Positions 36,200-44,863 of a DNA stretch of 64,000 nt are shown in pieces. Position 1 is the first letter of the stretch; the number at the start of each line of letters is the position of its first letter. Position numbers and translations under genes: made by a program. This stretch comes from Candidatus Saccharimonadales bacterium (GTDB lineage: Bacteria > Patescibacteriota > Saccharimonadia > UBA4664 > SCTI01): the NCBI GenBank assembly GCA_035479795.1, contig DATIII010000004.1:15668-79667 (forward strand). Reading direction: 5' to 3'. The notes under the pieces are model-generated. The model saw nothing but the letters and a program-made list of their open reading frames with translations. It was not told the origin of the DNA and ran no database searches.

Positions 36200-36550
36200 T
36201 TACTTAGCGGTTTTGACTTGGTCGACGATGGCCTTGAAGGCGGCTGGTTCATTGACTGCCAGCTCGGCAAGCACTTTGCGGTCGACTTCAATGCCGGCCT
36301 TCTTCATTCCGCCCATGAATTTGGAGTAGCTTATGCCCTCAGCGACGACTGCCGCGTTGATGCGGGTGATCCAGAGCGAACGGAAGTCTCGCTTTTTGTT
36401 GCGCCGGTCGCGATAAGCATAGGACAGAGCTTTAAGGATGGCCTGCTTGGCCATGCGAACGCTGGCCCGGCGCATATGGCTCATACCTTTGGTTTGTTGG
36501 CGGATTTTCTTATGTCGCTTATGGGTGGTTACACCACGCTTAACACGCAT
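36200..36550 (-). CDS. rplT: 50S ribosomal protein L20
   Basis: [22 protein letters not shown]... classic bL20. Confidence 0.9.
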   Translation of the reverse strand: MRVKRGVTTHKRHKKIRQQTKGMSHMRRASVRMAKQAILKALSYAYRDRRNKKRDFRSLWITRINAAVVAEGISYSKFMGGMKKAGIEVDRKVLAELAVNEPAAFKAIVDQVKTAK

Positions 36551-36750
36551 TACTTATAAGTCCCTAGCATCTTACGTACGTTCGCTGCATCTCCAGATGA
36601 AACCTCAAATTCCTGCACATAGGTGCGTTTGGTCTTGGTTTGCTTATGGCCGAGCAGGTGAGAACGATACGCCTTGCGGCGCAACATCTTTCCGCCAGCG
36701 CTTAGCTTGATGCGCTTGGCCATTCCTTTATGAGTTTTCATCTTAGGCAT
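36550..36750 (-). CDS. rpmI: 50S ribosomal protein L35
   Basis: [21 protein letters not shown]... Confidence 0.85.
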   Translation of the reverse strand: MPKMKTHKGMAKRIKLSAGGKMLRRKAYRSHLLGHKQTKTKRTYVQEFEVSSGDAANVRKMLGTYK

Positions 36751-37294
36751 TGGATTCTCTAACTTCTTCCTTCGCTTCTTCTACTTCGGCGGTCCGCTTG
36801 GACTCCTTGCTCTGGGCGACAACCAAGCTCATTTCTCGTCCGGAAAGCTGAGCAGCTTGCTCGATATGGGCCATTGGTCCGATATTTTCGACAAACTTAT
36901 GTAAAACTCCCTGGCCCAAATCGGGGTGGGTAATCTCACGTCCACGAAATCGCAGACTGACCTTTACCTTGGCTCCGTCTTCTAAAAATTCACGGGCCTT
37001 GCGGGCTTTCACATCGATATCGTGTTGCCCAATTTTAAGGCCCAGGCGGATTTGCTTAATCTCTTGGTTGCGCTGATTTTTACGGTTCTTCTGAAGCTGC
37101 TTGGTCTGCTCGTAGCGATACTTGCCCCAATCGAGAATTTTAACCACCGGCGGAGTAGCGTTTGGCGCTATTTCCACTAGATCGGATCCCGCGGCGTTAG
37201 CCCGCTCGAGAGCCTCGGCAATCGGCACAATCCCAGCTTGGCTACCATCAAAATCCACTAGGCGCACCTGAGGTGCAGTGATTTCTTGGTTCAA
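36743..37294 (-). CDS. infC: Translation initiation factor IF-3
   Basis: INAPQVRLVD-like N-terminus and the conserved infC-rpmI-rplT order. Confidence 0.85.
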   Translation of the reverse strand: MNQEITAPQVRLVDFDGSQAGIVPIAEALERANAAGSDLVEIAPNATPPVVKILDWGKYRYEQTKQLQKNRKNQRNQEIKQIRLGLKIGQHDIDVKARKAREFLEDGAKVKVSLRFRGREITHPDLGQGVLHKFVENIGPMAHIEQAAQLSGREMSLVVAQSKESKRTAEVEEAKEEVRESNA

Positions 37295-37356
37295 ACGGGG
37301 TTGCCCGGCTATTGCTGTACTCCTTAAAGCTTCGAAGAGAGTGTATCAGATGGGGC

Positions 37357-37390
37357 CAATCTGGTCAATAAGTCGGGATTCAGTATTTAG
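37357..37390. repeat. Single-copy palindromic GGATTC...GAATCC motif upstream of infC
   Basis: GGGATTCAGTATTTAGAATCCAGAATGCAGG. Confidence 0.45.
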
Positions 37391-37411
37391 AATCCAGAAT
37401 GCAGGAGAAAA

Positions 37412-38269
37412 CTAAAAATTGGATTGCTTTTCGGTGATGAATCGCACCCGGCGATCGGTTAACCGGATGGCAATCGGGGTACGGCCGGAGACTTTGCCAT
37501 CAATCATCATGCCGGTCTGGGGGTCGGTCTCAATTACAACTCGATCTGCCTTAAAACGAGTGGTACCTTCTTCCAGCTGGTTCTTCTTGAGCATGCCCCA
37601 GAGGTAGGTGGTTAGCTGTTTACGTCCCGGTTTTTCAAAGATGGTGACCACTAACTTGTTTTCAGCCAGCGGATTATCAAATTTTTGGTTGGAAACAGTC
37701 AGGCTAAATAGGGGGCTTTCTAGCTCGTAGCGGCCGTCGACCTTGATATGACACTTCAATGGCGCATATTCTCGGGCCTGGCCAAATGCGCTCACAAATT
37801 GGCCAACTCTGGCCTTCACTGTGCTGTCGGGTGCGGTCTCCATCTGTTTATCGATATCAGTTTCAAAGCCGAGTGTAAGGGTGGAGAGAAAGACTTTCTG
37901 GCCGGCAGCAATCAATCCGTAGCTGGCTAGTCGCCGAGCTGCTAGGACCTCACAAGCTTGCTGCCAGCTATTGATCCCCATGTGGTGGGCTAGCAGATTT
38001 GAAGTACCAATCGGTATGATACCAACGGCTACATTTTCTTTAGTAATACCATTTATAGCTTCGTTAACCGTACCGTCACCACCGACAACCACGATTGTGT
38101 TGTAGCCCTTCTCGATGGCAGCTTTGGTCATCTTGGTGGCATCACCCAGCCCTGTAGTCTTAGCAAATTCGCCATCAATGCCGAGTTCACGCAGCCGCTC
38201 ACGGAGTTTTTCCTGGAGCCGGTTGATGGCTCCCTTGCCAGCGGCAGGGTTTATTACGTAGTAATACAA
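37412..38269 (-). CDS. Diacylglycerol-kinase-catalytic-domain lipid kinase (YegS/BmrU-like)
   Basis: TIVVVGGDGTVNEAING motif. Confidence 0.75.
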   Translation of the reverse strand: MYYYVINPAAGKGAINRLQEKLRERLRELGIDGEFAKTTGLGDATKMTKAAIEKGYNTIVVVGGDGTVNEAINGITKENVAVGIIPIGTSNLLAHHMGINSWQQACEVLAARRLASYGLIAAGQKVFLSTLTLGFETDIDKQMETAPDSTVKARVGQFVSAFGQAREYAPLKCHIKVDGRYELESPLFSLTVSNQKFDNPLAENKLVVTIFEKPGRKQLTTYLWGMLKKNQLEEGTTRFKADRVVIETDPQTGMMIDGKVSGRTPIAIRLTDRRVRFITEKQSNF

Positions 38270-38270
38270 G

Positions 38271-38660
38271 TCAACCCTCGACTTCGGTGCGGGCTTGGAC
38301 TTCGGTGGCCTCCGCGGCCTTCATCCGATTAGCCCCAATAAACACTGCGCCCAGTGAAATTTCCAGCGTCCCGGTGCTAATATCGCCATTAACCTGGGCG
38401 GTTTCCAATAGAGAAGTGTTGTCGGTTGCCTTGATGTTGCCTTCGAGTCGGCCGGTAACTGAAACATTCGTTCCAGTTACGTCGCCAGAAATGCGAGCAT
38501 TCATTCCAATAGTTACATTGCCCCCGCTCTTAATGTTTCCTACCAGCTGCCCATCGATGGCAATATCGCCGTCGCTGGCTACATTTCCTTTCAGTCGAAC
38601 ACTCGATCCAATAACCGTGTCCGCCGTGGCTACTCCTAATAAATCTTGCTTGCGGGCCAT
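38271..38660 (-). CDS. Bactofilin
   Basis: Repetitive beta-helical GNV/GDI pattern (IGSSVRLKGNVASDGDIAIDGQLVGNIKSGGNVTIG...). Confidence 0.75.
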   Translation of the reverse strand: MARKQDLLGVATADTVIGSSVRLKGNVASDGDIAIDGQLVGNIKSGGNVTIGMNARISGDVTGTNVSVTGRLEGNIKATDNTSLLETAQVNGDISTGTLEISLGAVFIGANRMKAAEATEVQARTEVEG

Positions 38661-38662
38661 AA

Positions 38663-39133
38663 TTACTCCTTGTTTATGCCTCTGGCTACTGCACCAGGAA
38701 CGCGTTTAGATGCCTGAGCCAGGGCCTGCTTCTCCTCGGTGGAAAGCGGATACTTACTTTTACCATAATCAATCGGCTTAACGTAGACCCGAGTGCCTTC
38801 GCGGCCATGGATGCTGGTTAAAACGTACCCAGAGTTGTGGGCATCAAGAGCCGCTAGCACGAAACTTTGATCACCGCCGGTATCCCCAAATGGGTTGAAA
38901 CGGACGATTGAAAACTTCTGCGAGGCCAAGCTCCCAGTATTGGCGAGATGTCTATAGGCATCATCCAGTCTAACTAGGTGGTGATCGACTGATTCAACCT
39001 TTTTAATATGACTGGCTAGCACCGATTCGAGAGAAGCTCCTTCAGTACTGGTCAAAGCAGCAGTAAAGCGTCGTCGAAGCCAAAGTACTTGGCCAAGACA
39101 GGCGAGGGCCACGACCAAACTAATGGACGCCAT
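38663..39133 (-). CDS. Membrane-anchored DUF4446-like protein
   Basis: FNPFGDTGGDQSFVLAALDAHNSGYVLTSIHGREGTRVYVK. The ORF opens at 39241, but a later start (MASISLV..., 39133) avoids a 5'-5' overlap with the neighbour. Confidence 0.5.
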   Translation of the reverse strand: MASISLVVALACLGQVLWLRRRFTAALTSTEGASLESVLASHIKKVESVDHHLVRLDDAYRHLANTGSLASQKFSIVRFNPFGDTGGDQSFVLAALDAHNSGYVLTSIHGREGTRVYVKPIDYGKSKYPLSTEEKQALAQASKRVPGAVARGINKE

Positions 39134-39227
39134 AATGATGGGTATGTTCAAACAGCACCTTCTATTAGCTTTATTTAGTATACTGACGGCCCCCGAAGGC
39201 ATCAACTTGTTCGTGACGTAGTATAAT

Positions 39228-39524
39228 TTGGTTATGGCCAAGCGGAAAAAAACTAAAAAGAAGGTGACTCACAAGAACCGACCAGTTAGCCAGAGTAATA
39301 CTGCTAGCTCCAAGGCTTTTAGCGATGTGGTAACTAATCCTGAGCCAGAAGTTGAGGTAAAAAAACCGATAACTGTGGCTAATTCGACAACAAACTATGT
39401 CATAAGTGACGTTGTAAGAATTGGGGCACTAGTAGTCTTCTTTGTCGTCCTCCAGCTTGGGCTATGGTTAGCATTTAATCATTCTGATCTGGGAAAGTCA
39501 GTTTACGGACTAATTAAAATCTAG
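39228..39524 (+). CDS. Small lysine-rich protein with C-terminal TM helix, hypothetical
   Basis: MVMAKRKKTKKKVTHK... ...IGALVVFFVVLQLGLWLAF. Confidence 0.4.
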   Translation: MVMAKRKKTKKKVTHKNRPVSQSNTASSKAFSDVVTNPEPEVEVKKPITVANSTTNYVISDVVRIGALVVFFVVLQLGLWLAFNHSDLGKSVYGLIKI

Positions 39525-39527
39525 TTT

Positions 39528-40991
39528 TTATAGTTTTGGGCGGTACTGTAGGGCTTCGGCGATGTGATTCGGGACGATGGAGGGAGCTTTATCAAGAGCC
39601 GCGATTGTGCGCGCAATCTTTAATACTTTGACATGGGCGCGGGTTGAAAGTTGCAGCCGCCGAACAGCTTCTTTAAGTAGGGAATTGGCTTCTTCTTGGA
39701 CGGAGGCTTCGGGGTTTTGGAACAAGTATTCTTGGGCAATAGCCACCCGCTTGGCGACCCTTACTGTCGGTTCGGCTGGATCGCCGTCGAGTAGCTCGGG
39801 TGCAATTCGACTGACATTGACTCGCATATCAATGCGATCGAGGAGCGGGCCGGATACTCTCTGTCCATATCGGACGATTTGAGCTTGAGTGCAGGTACAG
39901 TCACGAGCGATATCGCCGGCAAAACCACAGGGGCAAGGGTTTTGGGTGGCGATCATCATGAACTTAGCCGGGTAGGTGACGGCTCCTGCGGCGCGAGCGA
40001 TGCTGACTTCGCCGTCTTCGAGCGGCTGACGCAGTGAATCGAGCACATGGCGCGGAAACTCAGGCAGCTCGTCGAGAAACAGGACACCATTGTGACTCAG
40101 GCTGACTTCGCCTGGTCGGGGATGACGGCCACCTCCGATTAAGGCGATACTCGAAGCGGTGTGATGCGGGCTGCGGAATGGTCGATGCCATATCGGTTGG
40201 GTGGTTAGTCCAGCTAGGCTGTGGAGCTGTGTAATTTCAAAAACTTGGTCTAAGGTTGGGGGTGGCAGAATCCCGGCTGTAGCCTTGGCCAGCATCGTTT
40301 TGCCGACTCCGGGCGGACCAGACAGCAAAATGTTGTGCCCGCCAGCCGCTGCAATCTCTAGGGCTCGCTTTGCCTCGGGCTGTCCAGCGATGGCGGCGAA
40401 ATCGGGGTAATTTGGTGGCGTTTCAGGCGCCTCAATTCGCCCACAGTACGGACTAATCGGTTCCTCTCCCGCTAGATGGCGATAAACCTGGCGTAGATTC
40501 TTAGCCGGCAAAATCGTCACCCCGTCCGCAATGGCGGCCTCAGGGGCATTTTCTTCTGGTAGAAAGATTTGCTTCAAGCCGTGCGATTTAGCCAGCTGAG
40601 TAAAAGTTAAAGTGCCACGGACTGGCCTCAGGCTGCCGTCCAGCGCTAGCTCGCCGACAAATAGGCTAGCAGTGACAACTTTAACCTGCTCGGTGGCGGC
40701 TAGGATGGCGACAGCAATGCTTAAATCGTAAGCCGTGCCGTCCTTTGGGAGGTCGGCCGGGGCTAAGTTTAAGGTGACTTTCTTGGGCGGCATGACTAGG
40801 CCGCTATTCTTCAGGGCACTACGTACGCGATCACGAGCCTCCTTGACAGCTTCATCGCCTAGGCCGACTACCACGAAGGAAGGGAGGCCATTGGAGATAT
40901 CGCATTCGACATTTATGAGGCGGCCATGAATACCCACGGCGGCAGGTGCATCAACTTTTGCCAACATATCTGTAATTATTCCTTTCTGCAC
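39528..40991 (-). CDS. YifB/ComM-family Mg-chelatase-like AAA+ ATPase
   Basis: Lon-like N-terminal domain, Walker A LLSGPPGVGKTMLA, C-terminal Mg-chelatase subunit ChlI-like region. Confidence 0.8.
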   Translation of the reverse strand: MQKGIITDMLAKVDAPAAVGIHGRLINVECDISNGLPSFVVVGLGDEAVKEARDRVRSALKNSGLVMPPKKVTLNLAPADLPKDGTAYDLSIAVAILAATEQVKVVTASLFVGELALDGSLRPVRGTLTFTQLAKSHGLKQIFLPEENAPEAAIADGVTILPAKNLRQVYRHLAGEEPISPYCGRIEAPETPPNYPDFAAIAGQPEAKRALEIAAAGGHNILLSGPPGVGKTMLAKATAGILPPPTLDQVFEITQLHSLAGLTTQPIWHRPFRSPHHTASSIALIGGGRHPRPGEVSLSHNGVLFLDELPEFPRHVLDSLRQPLEDGEVSIARAAGAVTYPAKFMMIATQNPCPCGFAGDIARDCTCTQAQIVRYGQRVSGPLLDRIDMRVNVSRIAPELLDGDPAEPTVRVAKRVAIAQEYLFQNPEASVQEEANSLLKEAVRRLQLSTRAHVKVLKIARTIAALDKAPSIVPNHIAEALQYRPKL

Positions 40992-41038
40992 CCACTAAAA
41001 ATTAGTTTAGCGAACAAAAACCGAACAGTCAAGCATTA

Positions 41039-41878
41039 TTGTTGTCAATGGTTATTTACAAAAATGCGAAGATTTGCTACCCTGGTTTGGTGAACGAGCA
41101 ATTAATAGCCCAAGTTGAAGAGCTAGGCCTGAGTAATAAAGAGGCTCGGGTATATGTTGCCAACCTGATGATTGGCCCGTCTGGTGTGCAGCAGATTGCC
41201 GATGCCAGCGGCATTAAGCGCGTTACCACCTATGTCATTTTGGAATCATTAGTCAGTCTCGGCCTGGTCAGCCAGACCAATCAGGGCAAGAAGACCTTAT
41301 TTAACGCTGAATCACCGGAAAACCTCCGACGCCTTCTTGAGAAGAAGGAGGAGTCGCTGAAGGAACAGAAGTCCCAGTTGGATGAGCTGTTGCCAGAGCT
41401 AAAGAATCTGAGATCTCTACCAAAGGAGGCCCCGACTGTGAAGTTTTACGATGGAGCCGATGCCATCATGAGCATATATCAAGAGCTTCCGGCAATTATC
41501 AAAAAGTACAACGTGAGAGAAAGTATGGGAATAAGTAATCTGGAAAAACTTTATAAATTCTTCCCAGAGATTGACTATGCGAAAGCAAACCCTAGACGAG
41601 TTGAAGCTAAGGTTCATAGTCGATTCATATACACTACACAGGAAGGGCCCGTCTTAAAGGACTCGGATAAAGAGAAGTTACGGGAGTCTAGATTTATTCC
41701 CTCTGCCAAGTTTCCATTTAGCAGCGACATCGGTGTTATTGGCAATTTCATTACCATTCTTTCGCTGGAGGGGGCTAGGCCGACAGGCGTAACTATTGAA
41801 AGTGAATCTATCGCCAAAGATTTTGGAGTTATTTTCGATCTGGCTTGGGAAGCTTCAAAAAAGTATAATCGTAATTAG
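41039..41878 (+). CDS. TrmB-family transcriptional regulator
   Basis: N-terminal HTH LGLSNKEARVYVANLMIGPSGVQQIADASGIKRVTTYVILESLVSLGLV. Confidence 0.6.
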   Translation: MLSMVIYKNAKICYPGLVNEQLIAQVEELGLSNKEARVYVANLMIGPSGVQQIADASGIKRVTTYVILESLVSLGLVSQTNQGKKTLFNAESPENLRRLLEKKEESLKEQKSQLDELLPELKNLRSLPKEAPTVKFYDGADAIMSIYQELPAIIKKYNVRESMGISNLEKLYKFFPEIDYAKANPRRVEAKVHSRFIYTTQEGPVLKDSDKEKLRESRFIPSAKFPFSSDIGVIGNFITILSLEGARPTGVTIESESIAKDFGVIFDLAWEASKKYNRN

Positions 41879-41890
41879 TAATTTTCTCGA

Positions 41891-41919
41891 TTGACTTACG
41901 CATTTATGTAGGGTAATAT
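41891..41919 (+). promoter_or_regulatory. Near-consensus sigma70 promoter
   Basis: TTGACT (41891-96), 17-nt spacer, TAATAT (41914-19). Confidence 0.55.
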
Positions 41920-41925
41920 TGTCCT

Positions 41926-42413
41926 GTTCTTCGGCGCCCGCAGGGACGTGCCGAGGACTGTACCGACAGCAACCAAGGAGAGTCATGTCATGGTCACGCA
42001 CTAGCGTGAAGACCCATGACGCTCCGTCGGAGCCGGCCTCGGGTTAGAGTCCGCTTCGGCGGGCGTCAAAAACTTCTTTCCGGCGGGCAACTTGACGCCC
42101 GCCCGTCCGGATCGAAGACAAGTACCAGGTCTGGCAGTCGACAGCCATTGACCTGAAAACATGGGATAGAGCCGAGGGCGTTGATCCGTCCAGCGGGGAT
42201 CGTCCTCGGCCTACTCCTGACAGACTTCAGTCCCAGCCGTTAAAACTTCGGACCATGGATGGTCCGCTCGTGGTGATCCGCCATCCCTGGATCACACGCA
42301 TGGCGCCGGGCCCGGGCACACAACTCAACCGCTTTCATCGGGCGGTGCGAGGTGCTCGGGCCGCGGCCCAACCCCAGTTTTCGAATCCCGAAAGCTGGGG
42401 ATTCTTTTTTTTA
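41926..42413 (+). ncRNA. Candidate structured noncoding RNA of unknown class (about 490 nt, GC-rich)
   Basis: Bounded by the promoter above and a 12-bp-stem terminator (CCCCAGTTTTCG-aatcc-CGAAAGCTGGGG + T9 at 42372-42413). No M-started ORF of 60 aa or more in any frame. Contains an AAGGAG-led 20-codon ORF and strong alternative hairpins. Confidence 0.4.
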
Positions 42414-42466
42414 GGCTTTCGAATTAAGAATTAGGCTTTCAGCTTTAAGCTTTGGGCTTTCGTCCT
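42405..42466. repeat. GGCTTTC heptamer repeat cluster
   Basis: AGGCTTTCgaattaagaattAGGCTTTCAGCTTTAAGCTTTGGGCTTTCG. Confidence 0.6.
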
Positions 42467-43719
42467 GCCGCGGCGTAGCCTTTTAGAACATTCTCATATA
42501 AATGCTCGAGCTCGTGGGCTTGGTGATCTACCGAGTATTTTGCCGCCAGCTTGATACTGGCCTTGCCCATGGCTTTACGCTTGTCATTATCTTCTAAAAT
42601 CAGGCCAATCTTTTTAGCGAAGTCGCGAGCCGAATTACGAGCAATGTAGCCATTAACTCCATTCTTCACTATTTCGGTAATTTCTTTATCAATCATCACA
42701 ATCGGCAGGCCAGCCGAAGCCGCCTCGTGGATCACCAGACCCTGAGTATCAGTGCGAGAAGGGAAGGCAAATACGTCGGCGCTGGCGTAGGCGGCACCTA
42801 GGCGTTCATGGCTGACATAGCCGGTAAATATAACTCGGTCAGCAATGCCGAGCTCATGTGCCATGGCAGCTAGCTTGCCTTGATGCTCGTGTCGGCCGAC
42901 TAGCAGTACAACCAAATCGGAGTTGGTATGAGCTAGAATGGCGGCTGCCGACAAAAGTAGTTCAATATTCTTTTCACTGCCCAGGCGGCCTGCAAACATT
43001 ACTACTTGATGATGAGGTTTAATGCCAAAACGCTTCTTAAAACTGATGACTCCCTGGTGGGATGTTGTGATTTCATCTACACCAGTCGGCAAAATTCGGA
43101 TTGGTGCCTTAGTGCCCCAGGATTTGAGTTGGCGTTCAATTTTGCGCGATGGGGCAATGATGCGATCACATTGGTTGTGCAGCATAGTGACGCCGCGGAC
43201 GACCATTTTCTTATTCCATTTATCAATATTGCGCTCGGGTTTAATACTGGATATGGCCGATCGTAGGTCGCCAATGCCGCCGCGCGTAATAAAGGGTGCG
43301 AGGATGGATAGGGCAATGGTGCCCGGCAGTACCTGTGGGTAGTGTGAAACATATTCATAAAGATCGGTATGGTAGGTGGCCATGAGCGGTACATTGTTGC
43401 GCAGGGCAAAGTAGGCACCGAGCAGCCCGATCTGGCTCGGTGTATGGAAGTGAATTACATCCAGCTTCTTATTTTTAATCATCTGCAGGGCCTGAGGGGG
43501 GAAGAAGATACTGGTCAGATAGTCGTCGTAGAACAGTCCCTTGACGGCCGGGAAACGGATAATGTTTTTGGTGCGCTCCTTGTAACGGATGCTGGGAGCT
43601 GGTGCGAAGACAAACACCTCGTGTCCCATAGACTCTAGCGCCACTCGGAAAGATTCTATGGAATAGGAAATTCCGTCGAGAGACGGAAGGTAGGAATCGC
43701 TAAACAAGCCGATACGCAT
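42445..43719 (-). CDS. Family-4 (GT-B) glycosyltransferase, possibly glycolipid synthase
   Basis: E-x7-E motif FPSRTDTQGLVIHEAASAGLPIV. Confidence 0.7.
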   Translation of the reverse strand: MRIGLFSDSYLPSLDGISYSIESFRVALESMGHEVFVFAPAPSIRYKERTKNIIRFPAVKGLFYDDYLTSIFFPPQALQMIKNKKLDVIHFHTPSQIGLLGAYFALRNNVPLMATYHTDLYEYVSHYPQVLPGTIALSILAPFITRGGIGDLRSAISSIKPERNIDKWNKKMVVRGVTMLHNQCDRIIAPSRKIERQLKSWGTKAPIRILPTGVDEITTSHQGVISFKKRFGIKPHHQVVMFAGRLGSEKNIELLLSAAAILAHTNSDLVVLLVGRHEHQGKLAAMAHELGIADRVIFTGYVSHERLGAAYASADVFAFPSRTDTQGLVIHEAASAGLPIVMIDKEITEIVKNGVNGYIARNSARDFAKKIGLILEDNDKRKAMGKASIKLAAKYSVDHQAHELEHLYENVLKGYAAAGRKPKA

Positions 43720-43722
43720 ACT

Positions 43723-43832
43723 CGAAGGATACAGGATTGAGGATACAGGATCCAGAATATGGAGATCGATAAGTCCTTAGCGAAGCCTAAAACGTGTGCT
43801 GTATCCCGAATCCCGAATCCTGTATTCTGTTG
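43723..43832. repeat. Inverted heptamer arrays (GGATWCA x4 ... TGWATCC x4) in a divergent promoter region
   Basis: AAGGATACAGGATTGAGGATACAGGATCCAGAATATGG ... GCTGTATCCCGAATCCCGAATCCTGTATTCTG. Confidence 0.8.
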
Positions 43833-43834
43833 GT

Positions 43835-44848
43835 ATGCATAAGCGTTTGCGGGTGAATGTGGTTTCCGAATCGGCCTTTACGGTGCAAGGCCACGGCGTG
43901 CATACGGCTTTTGAAGAGACGGTGCGGATGCTGCAGTGGGCAAAGAATATGACTGTGGCCTCTAATTCCAACCTGCCAGCCGATATCGTGCACATCCATA
44001 CGGTTGGCGTCTACTCATTATGGAAGTTACTTTTCAGCCGAGGTCGCAAAGTTATATCGGCGCATGTTACGCCGGATTCGTTTGTGGGCAGCCTGGTGGG
44101 TGCTCGCACTTGGTACCCATTGGCTCGTTGGTACCTACGGTGGTTCTATAATCGGGCCGACGGAGTTTTGGCTGTCAGCCACGAAGTTCAAGATGAGCTG
44201 AAGGAGTTAGGCATTACCAAGCCGGTTTATCTAATGCCCAACACCATTGATGTTAGGCCATATAAATCGACTCCGGCTATCAAAAAGGCGGCGCGTAAGC
44301 ATTTGGGCATTGGCGAATCCGAGTTTGTAGTAATCTGTTGTGGCCAAGTCCAGCCCCGCAAGCGGGTTGATACATTTATTCAATGCGCTCGCGATCTGCC
44401 TGATGTTAAGTTCGTTTGGGTTGGCGGAGTGCCCTTTAAGCGAGTAGCTGCCGATTACGGCCATATGAAGCATCTAATGGCCGATCATCCGGTAAATGTT
44501 ACCTTCACCGGAGTGATTAGCCATGCCGACGTGGTGGCCTATTATCAGGCGGCTGATCTCTTCTTTTTACCGTCTGTCCAGGAAACCTTCGGTATCGTCG
44601 TTATCGAAGCAGTGGCGGCGGGGTTGCCGGTACTCTTGCGTGACATCGACCAGTACGAGAAGACCTTCAAGGGCTGGTATTTGAAGGGCGATGAACGTAG
44701 CTTCACCGGGATCATTCATCATTTACAGCATGATAAGAAAGCCTATGCCACGGCCGTGAAGCAGTCGGCACCCATAGCCGAAGAGTACAGCAGTGAACGT
44801 GGGCGCCAGCTGTTGCTTGATATCTACACCCAAGTTTTGCAGCGCTAA
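43835..44848 (+). CDS. Family-4 (GT-B) glycosyltransferase
   Basis: E-x7-E motif FFLPSVQETFGIVVIEAVAAGLPVLL. ORF opens at 43796 inside the repeat array; ATG 43835 preferred. Confidence 0.7.
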   Translation: MHKRLRVNVVSESAFTVQGHGVHTAFEETVRMLQWAKNMTVASNSNLPADIVHIHTVGVYSLWKLLFSRGRKVISAHVTPDSFVGSLVGARTWYPLARWYLRWFYNRADGVLAVSHEVQDELKELGITKPVYLMPNTIDVRPYKSTPAIKKAARKHLGIGESEFVVICCGQVQPRKRVDTFIQCARDLPDVKFVWVGGVPFKRVAADYGHMKHLMADHPVNVTFTGVISHADVVAYYQAADLFFLPSVQETFGIVVIEAVAAGLPVLLRDIDQYEKTFKGWYLKGDERSFTGIIHHLQHDKKAYATAVKQSAPIAEEYSSERGRQLLLDIYTQVLQR

Positions 44849-44863
44849 GCTATAATTAAGCTC

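Noticed and set aside
41926-42413. Considered whether the 490-nt RNA is tmRNA, since smpB is in the window.
   Set aside because: No GGGG... 5' acceptor, no tRNA-like T-arm plus CCA 3' end, and no Ala-rich tag ORF. The UUCGAAUCC near the 3' end is the loop of the terminator, not a T-loop.
42255-42434. A 59-codon ATG ORF running through the terminator hairpin and T-run (MDGPLVVIRHPW...FFFLGFRIKN).
   Set aside because: Arg/Pro/Gly-rich composition typical of a GC-rich wrong frame, and it translates the terminator itself; judged non-coding.
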